Assembly: GCA_021613535.1 (NCBI GenBank)
Contig: CP075496.1
Coordinates: 12,214,001-12,278,000, forward strand
Direction: 5' to 3'
From: Adineta vaga
Taxonomy: Eukaryota > Animalia > Rotifera
Length of the DNA: 64,000 bases
Made by a program: the position numbers and the translations under genes. This document shows, piece after piece, positions 1-12,169 of this stretch. The number at the start of each line of letters is the position of its first letter. The stretch's first letter is position 1. The notes under the pieces were generated by a model. The model saw only the letters and a program-made list of their open reading frames with translations, was not told where the DNA came from and did not search any database.

Positions 1-111
1 AAATAACTTCATATAGTTTTACTTTTATTTTCATCATTCGAAATTTGTACACTGATACAAAAGATATACGAAGCATGACGACAAGAAAATGTAGAAATCG
101 ATAGAAGGAAA

Positions 112-131
112 AGAGAGAGAGAGAGAGGGAG
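112..131. repeat. (GA)n microsatellite
   Basis: agagagagagagagagggag, upstream of ABAT. Confidence 0.6.
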
Positions 132-286
132 CATCTTAGTATATTATTGTCGTTTTTCTCTTCGCTACACCAGTCGGTGTGGGCTTGCTTTAAATCAAGG
201 TAAACTAAAAAAACTATATATGTTCTCTTTGTTATTTATTGGCATAAATCGAATTTCTGTTTGAACATATTGTGTATTCTTTAGAT

Positions 287-2358
287 ATGAAAGCTACACG
301 TCTTTTTTATGCTCGAAATCTTCTTCATACTCGTACGCAATGTCGAGGTTTGTTAACGATGATAATAGAATGAAATTGAACGATTTATTTATTTAGGAAA
401 CAGTATTCTTAGTCAAGAACCATCTGGACCAAAAATGAAAACACAGATTCCTGTAAGAAATTTCTAATATCTTCTTTTGTTTTCAGACAGATAAATTTCT
501 ACTTTCTAGGGTCCAAAATCAAAACAATTCATCAATGACCTTGAGAAAACACAAGTATATTGATTAATTGAACAATCATCTTGAAATAATGTTTATTTGA
601 TTTGTTAATACAGAATGCTTTAAGCACAATTTTTGTGCTTGACGTTGACAAATCAATTGGTAACTATGCGGTTGATATTGATGGTAATGTTATATTGGAT
701 ATTTATGAACAAATTGCTTCTCTTGCGTTGGGTAATTTACACAACTTATTGAATTAATAATTATACCATCATCAATTCTACATCTAGGATACAATCATCC
801 AGCTATTCAAAGAGTATTTCAAGATTCAAAAAATCTTGTATGTCATTTTTTCTGTTATGAATCCATCACACATATTTATTTTGATCTCGATTGATAGAGT
901 CAACTTGTTAATCGACCAGCACTGGGTGTTCATCCAACACCTCAATTTATAAAACAAATTGATCATACACTTCTACCTGTAATTATTGTGACTTTCTTAA
1001 TGAAATTTTCTTTACTATTATCTAATATAGATTGCACCTAAAGGTTTAGAACATGTTCAACCAATGATGTGTGGTTCATGTTCGAATGAAAATGCATTCA
1101 AAGCTATTTTTATGTGGTATGCAAATAAATTGCGTAATGGAAAAGCATTTACGGATGAAGAAATGAAATCATCTATGCTTAATAAACCACCGGGTTCTCC
1201 AAAACTTTCATTGATGTCATTTGAAGGAGCTTTTCATGGACGAACATTTGGTAATAAATGATACATGTATGATTATCTTTAACGTATTGTGTTCTTTTTT
1301 CTTTCAGGAGCACTATCATGTACACATTCGAAACCAATTCATAAACTTGATATTCCAAGTTTTGATTGGCCTATAGCACCATTTCCACGATATAAATATC
1401 CTTTGAAAGAGAACGAACGTGAAAATAACAAAGAAGATGATAGATGTTTAGCACGTGTAAGTCTACTCTCAATCATTTTATGAACAGAATACATATAATT
1501 ATTGTGCGAGTAGATTGAAGAGTTATTTTATCAATATAAATCCAAACAAAGTCCAGTCGCTGGTGTCATTGTTGAACCAATTCAAAGTGAAGGTGGAGAT
1601 TATCATGGTAGCCCAACATTTTTTCAAAAATTACAAAAAATAACTAAACAAGTAATAAATTGACGAAAAATGAATAATTGAAAATACTGAATTGCTTTTC
1701 TAAAGAACGGTGCAGCATTATTATTTGACGAAGTTCAAACAGGTCTTGGAGCAACCGGAAAATTTTGGGCCTATGAACACTTTAATTTACCAGAAGCACC
1801 AGATGTAGTCACATTTTCGAAAAAATTTCAAACTGGTGGTTATTTTTCTAAAGCAGAATTTCAACCAAAACAGGTTTGTTTGGAAAAAAACCAACGATGA
1901 AAATCTATTTCCTAAGTTTAGCCTTATCGCATATTCAATACTTGGATGGGTGAACCATCTAAATTATTAGTGTTAGATGCTGTATTAAAAACAGTGAAAG
2001 CAGAAAATTTAATTGAAAGTACAAGAAAAACTGGTGATATACTTTTAAAAGGTCTTGAAGATATAAGCGCAAAATATTCAAAATTAATTCTCAATGTACG
2101 TGGCCGTGGAACATTTTGTGCATTTGATATGCCCGATGCATCAGTACGTGATAAATTCATTGGTCAAATGCGAAATGCTGGTAAATAAATTCATAGAATT
2201 TAAATTTTTGTTCTATTCATAATTGGTTTATCTTTTTAGGTATACAAATGGGAGGATGTGGTGATGTTTCTGTTCGTTTTCGTCCAGCATTGATATTTGC
2301 AGATCGACATGCTCATATCGTTCTTGACAAAATGAATGAAGTTGCTAAGAAGTTTTAA
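287..2358 (+). CDS. ABAT: 4-aminobutyrate aminotransferase (GABA-T), mitochondrial; multi-exon
   Basis: Spliced exons give [65 protein letters not shown], the PLP-lysine motif TFSKK, and [13 protein letters not shown] at 287 follows a 5'UTR intron (200-284); stop TAA at 2356-2358. Confidence 0.95.
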
Positions 2359-2428
2359 GTTATTCTAGTATTTTATTTTATTTTTATATATCATAAGAAA
2401 AAAAAAGACAATGAAGTTTTCGATAGAA

Positions 2429-3025
2429 TCATTTAAGTGAAGATTTTAATGGTATTTGATTTGCTAATACTGCTGATGATGTTGGATTTCGATACATTGC
2501 GGATAAACGTCGTTCAGCTTCATATTTTTGTCGTTGAGCATCTTGTTCTTGTTGTTGTGCTAGTCTTAATTGATGTTGTAAAGCTAATTGTTGAAGATTA
2601 ACCGGTATATTTCCATTTGATAAAAGGAATCCTTCACTTGAAACATCTTCACCACAACAACTAAATGGACCTGTCGAATTTGTACGAAAACCATGAATAA
2701 TATACGCAAGAACAAGTGCAGCAAAAACTAAAGATAAAAGACCGAGTGCAATAGAACACTAGAACAATAAGTTTCATAAGTAACATGTTTTTGTTCGTCT
2801 TCAAAAGTTTTTACATACGGTACGCCAAAATTTGAGTGCATATATCCATTGTTTATAATTTTCTTCGGGTATACGTACCCAATCGATAAATGAATCATTT
2901 TTTTCAAAATGTATTAAACCAAATGGTCCCTGTTGATTTAAATATGTTTCATCATGAATAGCTGCAAATGTACATGAATTGATTATTGAGAAGGAGAAGA
3001 ATATAAAATGATGTTGTATAAACAT
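2429..3025 (-). CDS. Orphan single-pass membrane protein, paralog A (~178 aa, 2 exons)
   Basis: Exon 1 is 3025-2819 (signal-peptide-like MFIQHHFIFFSFSIINSCTFA...RIPEENYKQWIYALKFWRT). A phase-0 GT-AG intron spans 2818-2759. Exon 2 (2758-2429) is open: CSIALGLLSLVFAALVLAYIIHGFRTNSTGPFSCC, a Q-rich tail, then TGA. Confidence 0.8.
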
Positions 3026-3118
3026 AGAATAATTAACAAATTACTTTCTTTTGATGTTAGTCAGATGATAGAAGTTTGTTTTTCGTTAGAACGAAGACTA
3101 ATAGATATATATACGAGG

Positions 3119-3129
3119 AAAAGCGGGAA
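3119..3129. promoter_or_regulatory. AAAAGCGGGAA (E2F-like TTCCCGC) motif upstream of orphan paralog A
   Basis: The same 11-mer occurs at 3853-3863. Each copy lies 83-94 nt upstream of a paralog ATG. Confidence 0.45.
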
Positions 3130-3205
3130 GTTTTCTTTTTTTCCTTTCGATTTATTCAATTAATATGAAATCAATAAAATGTCTATTTTTGTTTTGGTGT
3201 TGAAA

Positions 3206-3770
3206 TTATAATTGACCGGTAGATTGAAAAGATGCTATTTGTCGCGGATCTATCAATGGATTGTACATGGGAAGATTGCTTGTTTGTGAATAATCAAAAA
3301 TTTCCGATGAGATCATTTTATCATCCGATATATTTTCATTGAGATTCTTTCGACAAAGAGAAAATGGACCGGTTGATGTTCGAAAATTATGAATAAGATA
3401 AGCAGTGAGAATACCCAAGAAAACTAAGCATAATATAATTAATGCAATTGACCACTATAGATAGAGAAGATTACTTGAAATTCAAATCAAAATCTTCTAT
3501 TCTTACTCTTCGCCACATTTTTTGATCATTGATCCATTGTTTCATATATTCATAAGGTATTTCAATATATCTTTCATCATTCTCATCGATGTGTAAAACA
3601 AAATTTGAAGTATCTAAAGATTCACCACCAATAGCACGTGTCTGTTCTAATACATCTTCGTTAATATTCTGTTTTGTACAGAGAATTATTTGAAATATAG
3701 ATAATAGACAGATTATTTTAAAACTAAATTTCAATTGATCATAAAGAAAGATTGAGAGAGATAAGAACAT
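3206..3770 (-). CDS. Orphan single-pass membrane protein, paralog B (~170 aa, 2 exons)
   Basis: Exon 1 is 3770-3507 (...EIPYEYMKQWINDQKMWRR). A phase-0 intron spans 3506-3455. Exon 2 (3454-3206) reads WSIALIILCLVFLGILTAYLIHNFRTSTGPFSLC. Motifs and intron position match paralog A. Confidence 0.8.
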
Positions 3771-3852
3771 GGAATAAGCAGTGATTGCGAAGAATCTAGA
3801 GGAAGAACGTAGAATAAGGAGAATATTAGTTGATTTAACTAATTGAATAATT

Positions 3853-3863
3853 AAAAGCGGGAA
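3853..3863. promoter_or_regulatory. AAAAGCGGGAA (E2F-like) motif upstream of orphan paralog B
   Basis: Identical to 3119-3129, in otherwise diverged AT-rich upstream DNA. Confidence 0.45.
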
Positions 3864-4693
3864 ATCAACAGGAGAATTCTTCTTGATAACAAACGACGCG
3901 TGATAAAACTGATTTTATGTCAACTAACGTGCATACAAAATTATTCGATACAAATCAATTGAAAACAAAGTAATTCGATATGAAATGACTGTATCCTATA
4001 GATCAAAATCGTCCATACCTTTGCTATTTCGCTCGATCATTGCTTACAATTTTACTAAGACATGTTATCGTACAAAGCGTGGACTAAATTTACTAGATTA
4101 ATATGTATGTCACAGTTCTATCCATTTGAAACTGGTACTTCGTACATCCATGATCGTATGTATTATTACTTGATAAGAAGGACATCTGTCGAACGAATCT
4201 ATGCATACCTCACAAAAGAAACTAATGATAATAATCGGCAGGTTTTTCTTTACAAATATTTATATACCTTCATGGTATTAAATGGATAGTTAGTTCTGTA
4301 TATTTCATGATAGGTACAACAATCAAAATAAGTTTTCTAAATGAAGATCAGTGAAACCTATATCTTTCTTTTTTTTCAGTTCGATTTTCTAATCAACTAC
4401 TCGTTAATATCACTAAATGAATTCATTTTCTTCAAAATTTCAATTCTTCAAAGTTATTATTCATAGTCTAAGTTACATATTTTACTAGAAGATACATTTG
4501 TTGTAAGAAATCATGCAGGTGACTTTCATTCCATTGTGATTATAGTGTATTCCGAATTCTTTCTTCGTGAAAATTCAAAATACTAATGCTTTTACTCATT
4601 CAAAGAAAGTTTTATAGTTGATTGTTATAAATTCATGAATAATGAAGAATAGAGCTACTTTTTTCTTCTAGATATTCATTTTGGTAGATAGAA

Positions 4694-5778
4694 ATGGGTC
4701 GAAAAAAGAAGAAACAAATGAAACCATGGTGTTGGTATTGTAATCGTGAATTTGATGATGAAAAAATTCTTTTGGAACATCAAAAAGCTAGACATTTCAA
4801 ATGCCTTATATGTCGTAAAAAATTGTTTACAGGACCTGGTTTACAAATTCATTCACAACAAGTATAATTAAACATATCTCGTCTTACATCGTTCGTTTTT
4901 CATTAGATATATGTAAATTTAGGTACATAATGAACGTATTGACAAAGTACCAAATGCAATAAAAGGTCGAGAAAGTATTGAAATTGAAATTCATGGTATG
5001 GAAGGTATACCAGAAGCAGATCTTCGCACACATGAAAGACGATTGAATGGAAAAGATGACGATGAACCGGATAGTACTGATGTTACTGCAATACATTCAC
5101 TCACTAACATGCCATCGATACCACATGCGGGTATGATGCCGATACCTTTTACTGGAATGCCATTTGGTATGCCACCACTATCATTATCAATGATGCCTTT
5201 ACCAATGATGACGCAATTACGACCACCAATGCCGATGATGTCAGCAATTAGTGGAAATCAAATTGCATCAACTGGACCAACATCTGTCAAACCACTTTTT
5301 CCAAGTGGAACTACTGATGTACGTTTTGTTATAACGAGATAAGAATTTATTATCTTTACGCATTCATTCATATTTAGCCAAACAATTGTGACAGATCTTC
5401 ATCAGCAAATACTTCTGACTCACTGTCTGATAATAGAATAAAGATAGAACCTGTTCCAAGTACATCTAAATTGATTCATCCTGACGATGATATTTCTTTA
5501 GTAAGTTCCAAATTTTTCATGCTAAACAATAAACAAAACATTTTTTCATATCGTTTAGGAAGAATTTCGTGCTTCCTTGCCGAAATATAAACAAATGATG
5601 ATGATGTTATCAATGCCATGTGGTTTTCCCATGAACAATTTCATACCACGTATAGTTCTGATTCTTAAATGTTTCTTTCTCTAATGTAATATAAATGAAT
5701 TCTTATTTAGCTGGTATACCATTTATGGTACCACCATCGAGTTTTTCTTCAACGACGATTAATGGTTTACACTTCTAA
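4694..5778 (+). CDS. ZNF207: BUB3-interacting GLEBS-motif zinc finger protein (BuGZ)
   Basis: N-terminus [50 protein letters not shown], then [12 protein letters not shown], a P/M-rich middle, and the GLEBS-like [21 protein letters not shown]. 5 exons. Confidence 0.93.
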
Positions 5779-6358
5779 TTATTCGAACAATGTACGTCAA
5801 TATTTCATCTATTCTAGCTTTCTTGTTTCCTCTCTGAATGAAGTCGAGACTTCTTTAAATCTTTTGTTCGTACATATTGCAATTCATTTTCTCCTCTTTC
5901 ATTGTTGATATTTCTGTTTTCACTCGATATACTTGTTTTTTTCGTGTCTGTTTCAACGTTGATAAAATTACAAACGAGATAACTTATTGATTTTGGAATT
6001 TATAATATAAAATTAATGAGTTGTTTATTCGGACTTTTCTAGGCTGTCTATATGTGAACAATGTAATTGTTCGATGGTAGACATAAGTCCAATATCAGGT
6101 CGGTCTTTTATATGACATCATAAATTTTGATTTAGTTCTCATAAGAACCATCTATTGTTGAAGCTGTTGGACTGTTCAATTATTCGCCAAAAGAGATGTT
6201 TTCTCTGGGTGACAACTATTCATTTATAAACGGTGATCATTCTTTGTTTTTTGTTTGTTCTATTGTAAATAATTTTGAAGAAAAAGAACTCATTTCAAAA
6301 AATAGGAATTATATTTCTTCTAAAATGCTGTAGATTTTACTAAGTAAAAACATATAGA

Positions 6359-7429
6359 ATGAGTGTTGTGAAATTAGCATCACCATCATCAACACGTATC
6401 GGTTTTATCGGTATTGGTGTCATGGGTACGTCTATGGCTGGACATCTGATTAAAGCAGGTTATAAATTAAATATATTTACACGTACTGCATCAAAAGCGG
6501 ATTCACTCGTATCACTTGGCGCTTCATTATTGAAAACTCCACGTGAAGTTGCACAACAATCTGATGTTGTTATTTCTATTGTTGGTTATCCAAAAGATGT
6601 TGAAGAAGTGTTGCTTGATGAAAAAACAGGTGTTCTTCCTGGTTTTGAACCAGGTAAAATATCAATTGATATGACAACATCAAAACCATCATTGGCAACA
6701 CGAATTTATGAAGAATTTAAAAAACGTGGTGCATATGCATTGGATGCTCCAGTTTCAGGTACGTTCGGTTATAAATGTAAACAATGTTTCATATCGTTTA
6801 AAATTGATCGATTCACTATTGGAGAAAGTGTACACATTTTTATTTCTAATAGATGATTTTTTGATTTCATGGGAGTTTTCATTTGTATAGGTGGTGATAT
6901 TGGTGCACGAAATGCAACTCTTTCTATCATGGTTGGTGGTGATCAAGATGTCTTCGATGCTTGTTTACCTATTTTCAATGTAATGGGTAAAAATGTTCGA
7001 TTAATGGGTAAAGCAGGTTTTGGTCAACATACAAAGATGGCTAATCAAATAGCAATATCATCCGGTATGATTGCAATGTGTGAATCATTACTCTATGCTC
7101 AACGTGTTGGTCTTGATTGTGAAAGTGTTATTCAAGTCTTAAGTTCCGGTGCTGCACAAACATTTTCAATGACAAATTATGGTCCACGTATACTTAAACG
7201 TACATTTGATCCTGGTTTTTATGTTGAACATTTCATCAAAGATCTAGGTATTGCATTAGAAGAAGCAACTCGAATGGGTCTTATTTTACCAGGTTTAATA
7301 CAAACCAAAATGCTCTATGATATTCTAGCTGCTGATAGTAAAGAAAAACTTGGTACACATGCTTTAATGTTAGCATTAGAAAAACTCAATGGTCTTAATA
7401 AGACAAATAATGAAGAGAAAAAATCATAA
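6359..7429 (+). CDS. NAD(P)-dependent beta-hydroxyacid dehydrogenase (3-hydroxyisobutyrate DH / tartronate semialdehyde reductase family, YkwC/plant-like subgroup); HGT candidate
   Basis: Rossmann motif IGFIGIGVMG; DAPVSG-GDIGA joined across intron 6759-6890; catalytic-Lys motif GQHTKMANQ; FDPGFYVEHFIKDLGIALEEA. Confidence 0.9.
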
Positions 7430-8358
7430 TTTGATATCATTTTATTTCCGATGATTGTTTGTAAGCTTGCGCGATGTATGCAATTAAAAAAATATCATGT
7501 GATTTTTGATTACAGTGAATAAAATATAAACGCAAAGATCGTTATCAAATTTATGTTGGAAATAAAAAAGCTTTCCAACAAAAATATTTATTGAGTTTTT
7601 AATACTATTTATATGTCTATCTGTCCTCACAAGGTCGTAGCCGTACAAAGTAAATATTTAAAAAATGAGAGCGAAAAAGGTGATATAATATCAGTAGCGA
7701 TGAACCACCACGAGGGAATTGATGGTAATTTCCACACCCAGAAATATTTTGCGCTAGAAATTTTTGAAATCGAAAATGATTTCTTGAGAAGCAAAAAACA
7801 GAGTTTTTCCGATAGATTTGATTATGTCTTCGAACATGGTTTGCCTTGCTGAGTTCTTACAATTCTCTTGTTTTTTCGATAATAACATATTGGATGAAGA
7901 CCTCATTAATGAATATTTAAGAATGAATGTTCTTCAATCAATGTTTTTCATACTTCGTGGAGTTTTATTATTGAATTTATGATTTGATACAAATAAAAAA
8001 TAATATATCATCAAGCCTCATTTTTTAATAACTATGACTGTTAGAAATAAACATCTAAATATATGACCTCTCAACTGTTATCTCTATCAATTCAAAATTG
8101 AATAGTAAAACCAAGATAACTCTATTTAATGTTTAATAACAAATAACAATGTTCCCATCAATGCTATTTAGATTTTGTTCTAATTCTATTGATGAATCAT
8201 CTTTGCTACTTTGATTTCTCTATATGCAATCGTTCTTCTTAAGGAAGTTAGTTTGTATGTTTTTTCGTTCTATAACTATTCTCTCGTCCATTTCTTTTCT
8301 AATAGCTGACTACTATAGTGTTCGTACACGAATCATTCAAAGCTGGTAGGAAAAAAAA

Positions 8359-8656
8359 ATGGATGAATCAATGGAAACAAGTATGATGAACGAATTATTG
8401 GAAAAACTAAACGCTACACAAAATAATGTAAGTTGAGAATTTTTACTTTTGTTGTACTGTTTTCTTAACTTAGGAAATTCGATTGGATAAATTGGAACTT
8501 GAAGTAAACAACAAATTTTTAAAAGCTCAAGATGATTTAGAAAAAGCTGAAAAATATTTCAAACAATCACCAGTAACAAAGGAAACAAATGTTAATCAAG
8601 TTAATTTAGAACTGTTAGAGGATCATACAAAGTTTCACAAAAATGTGTCAGTTTAG
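8359..8656 (+). CDS. Small two-exon coiled-coil ORF (~83 aa), unknown function
   Basis: ATG at 8359; exon 1 ends at 8427; canonical GTAAGT...TTAG intron 8428-8473 (phase 0); exon 2 is open to TAG at 8654-8656. Product begins MDESMETSMMNELLEKLNATQNNEIRLDKLELEVNNKFLKAQDDLEKAEKYF. Confidence 0.5.
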
Positions 8657-9483
8657 TATTAAAGGCCGTTCGAACATTCGAATATTAATGAATCTTTTGT
8701 CAAAACATTACCACTCGATGCTGCTGTTTGAGGGTGTTGATGGAGTAATTGATTAGTTGAATTCAAGTTTCGAGTATTACACTACTGATACTTATTTATA
8801 ACAATATCGCGTGAGAGGATAAAAAAATCTAAAGTCGACAGAACTTATTAAGGACTATAATGTATGATTGAAACTTTTCAGAAAAAAGAGCATGAAAATG
8901 TCTAAGGAACAGTTTTCATATTTCTTTCTATGCATTAAGCCCCAGAATCTAACATGAGAAAAAAGACAGAAGTTCGTGAATACCAACATAAAGTAAAACA
9001 TTGTATTTTTTCAAAGAATTCCACACACACAATTCAGAGTTTGTTAGTTTTATTGCGAAAGTATACGAATCATTCATTAGATGTGAACAGATGATTTTCA
9101 GTAGCGGGTCATACTTGACACACTTTTTCTCTAATCGCGCAATCAGACTGAAAAGAAAACAAATCAGTGAATGAATGAATGATTTCAGCTTCGATGAATC
9201 AGATTTATACTAATAAATCAAAATATTTACTTTTTTTGAAGTGTCCGTTTTCTCGTTTCAAATTATAATTTGATATGATGAAAAAACCATTTAATGCAAC
9301 GTAATACTGATAACTGGAAAGTTCTTTTGATGTTATCAGATTGCATTACAATTTAAAAGGTTATATCGAGGTCACTTGATATTTCATTCATATTGCAAAA
9401 TCTGCTAATATTGAGATATAAATACATATTATTTTCATCATTTGTAGCTAATCTATATATTGATATTGCGTAATTTTTATTTC

Positions 9484-10648
9484 ATGAATGAAATTTCGGA
9501 TAAAAGCGATCGTGCAATTATTAATTCAGATGGCTCAATCGGGATAACATGTCCATTGACTCATCATGGTTGTCAACATGATCAGAAAGTATTATGAACT
9601 CGTATTGTAGAATTATTTATCTTTTTCTTAATTCTATATATAGCTAGTAACATCTAAAGAACATTATGATTCGGAACAATATCAGAAAAGTCTAGCTACA
9701 TTAGCAGAAAACATATCAGAAAATGAGACAAATCATTCGGATAGAAATAGTATCAGTGAAGAAGTTGCAAATTACCTCGATAAATCTCAAGAACAACTAT
9801 TGACCATATTAGAAACTACAAATGAACTGAATGAAGAACTTCAACAGATAAACTCAAATATAGTTCGATTGAACAATCAACAATCCAACTTAGAGGAAGA
9901 TCTAAATGATATAACAACAGGCAGTTCGATGCAAAAACTTCATATCGATGGAATATTTCTCAATGAAAATGTCTTGAAACAAGATATCAATGCGATACAA
10001 CACCAAGTTCAATATGAAAATTGTCAAACTAAACGTCAAGTCTTAGATGGAACAAATATATGGAAAATATCTAATGTTTGTGAAAAGATTTCTGATGCTG
10101 AATCTGAGCGTCAATCGAGCATCTATTCACCAGCTTTTTATACATCGGAAACGGGATATAAACTATGTATGCGACTTTATTTGAACGGTGATGGAACAGC
10201 ACGAGGAACTCATATGTCTCTTTTTCTTGTAATTCTTCGTGGACGCTATGACGCTTTGTTAAAATGGCCTTTTTCTTATCGAGTATCTTTTTGTCTCTAT
10301 GATCAACGAACCATGATTGAATTTGATAAAACCCAACAGCCCAAACATGCCATAGAATCTTTTCGACCGGATACGAAAAGTATTAGTTTTCAACGACCAA
10401 TTTCAGAAATGAACATTGCTTCGGGAATTCCGAAATTTTTCCCTTTAATTGATATCAATCAGCCCGCAGAAAGAAATCGCTATGTAATCAATGATACGAT
10501 GTTTATTAAAGTTTTAATAGATTTCGTTGGAATACCCAAAACAATGCTTTCTTTCATTTTTAGCCTTAATATTGCTTTACCTGTTTCGGTACAACAGAAA
10601 TTGATCAATGATGAGTTACAACACTATGAAAAACCAAATACAACTTGA
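9484..10648 (+). CDS. TRAF-family adaptor (coiled coil + MATH/TRAF-C domain), no RING
   Basis: MATH motifs SIYSPAFYTSETGYKLCMRLYLNGDGTARGTHMSLFLVILRGRYDALLKWPF and FQRPISEMNIASGIPKF. Upstream exon 9484-9588 joins in frame through intron 9589-9643. Confidence 0.9.
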
Positions 10649-10980
10649 AAATAAATTTCTGTATTCATATGAAAAGCAAAATAATCAAGATGCATTTTGT
10701 TTCATTATTTCACCAAGATATTCTTTTATTGTATTTATTTAACATAATGGATCAATAAAAAATAGTCTCAAAATATAGTATATGAAAACTTTCTAAAAGA
10801 CTCGAAAGCAATTAAAACGAAGGATCAGTTATAATCCTCGAAAAATAGTGATTATTGATACTGTCGTTCTTTCCTATATCATACTACTAAATGAATACTT
10901 TGCGAACAGCAATACTCCAGTTTACCGAAAGCAGAATAATTCAGTTTCTAAAATTAACAAATAGTCGCTGAAAGACTTAA

Positions 10981-12169
10981 GGCCCCCCCACTCCAAAACG
11001 TTTCTTGGGTTAGGCACATTCAAATGGGCTGAAATTTTTAGAATATGTTGGGGCTATGGTGGAGAAGCTATGATAAAAATTTCAGCCCTGTATCATGATG
11101 TGGAAGGGAGATATTCACTAAACAAGGGTGAAAATAGCTCATCTGAGAACCTAAATTTCTCGGTCCCGGTTCATGGTAAATTCTTTTTTTTTGTTTTGTT
11201 TGAAAGAGCATGTCAAGCTGCGGTGCATGATGAGACTCTTTTTTAAAAAATCTCACTAATTGTATAAAATAAAAATAAAACAAGTTGTAGGTGTCAAAAA
11301 ACCTCTGAAAATGGGGATCCAATTGTATAACTATTTTTATAAATTTCAAAACAAAGCTTAATTGAAAAAAAGGGTCTCATCATGCACCGCAGCTTGACAT
11401 GCTCTTTCTAACAAAAAAAAAAAAAGAATTTACTATGAACCGGGACCGAGAAATTTGAGTTCTGCGTTCGAAAAAGTGTAAATCGAGAAAAAGTGAAAAA
11501 CATTTTTCTGAAGTGAATTTTTACGGTTTTCAGCGTTTTTACGCAATTTTTTGGTACATTTGAGAAGAGTAATCAGAAACTATTCTATTTTTTTTTCTTG
11601 ATATGTTTAAATAAACTTTTGTGAGGCTCGTTGAACTTCATTAATGGAATAAATTTATATTCCGCAACATGAACATAATAACCTTTCTTCAAATGCTCTA
11701 CTAATATCGAAAACAGATTGGGTTAACCTTTTTCTATTAAAAGTTATATTCATCAAAAGTATCTCGCGCCGTTACAAAAACTAAAACAGTAATTATAATT
11801 TAGAAATAATCATTTGATAGGAAAAAAGAGCGCCAAATAGTAACATAACAAATGGTGGATCGTATAATATATGTCGATCCCGCTTTATCACATTGCTTCC
11901 GAAGTTTTTCGTTGTTCTGCATTCTTTTTCTTTCAGTTCGTTTGATATCTAGCGACTCCTAAATATGTATAAAAATGCGTGCCCGTTGGTTTCTCGATCT
12001 CTTTTAGGCACAAAATGAGAGAGATCATCAAAAATTTTGGAAAAAAAAGAGGTATTTTATAAAAAGCTATAGTGATTCTGAAAGAGTAAACTTCAGGCTG
12101 TCTTCCCATGCATTTATCTCAATTTCGATTTTTTTGACGAAAATCGATATTTTTTGAGTGGGGGGGGCC
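10981..12169. mobile_element. Non-autonomous DNA transposon (MITE-like, ~1.19 kb), TTAA target-site duplication, Kolobok-like termini
   Basis: TTAA at 10977-10980 and 12170-12173. Terminal inverted repeats GGCCCCCCCACTCCAAAA / TTTTTGAGTGGGGGGGGCC. Internal inverted repeats present; no transposase ORF. Confidence 0.85.
11146..11463. repeat. ~100-bp internal inverted repeat inside the transposon
   Basis: 11146-11244 (aaatttctcggtcccggttcat...gaaagagcatgtcaagctgcggtgcatgatgagac) is the reverse complement of ~11365-11463. A second perfect 15-bp pair sits at 11026-11040 and 11074-11088. Confidence 0.9.

Noticed and set aside
4000-4290. Coding-like composition and a 75-aa ORF between paralog B and ZNF207
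   Set aside because: No recognisable motif, stops in the other plausible frames, and no clear splice structure.
7700-7860. CACGAGGG start resembling a Tc1/mariner terminal repeat; 79-aa ORF at 7613-7852
   Set aside because: I found no matching inverted end or TA duplication. At most an unprovable transposon relic.
11068-11349. 93-aa minus-strand ORF inside the transposon
   Set aside because: It overlaps the inverted-repeat arm and has no transposase motifs; chance ORF.
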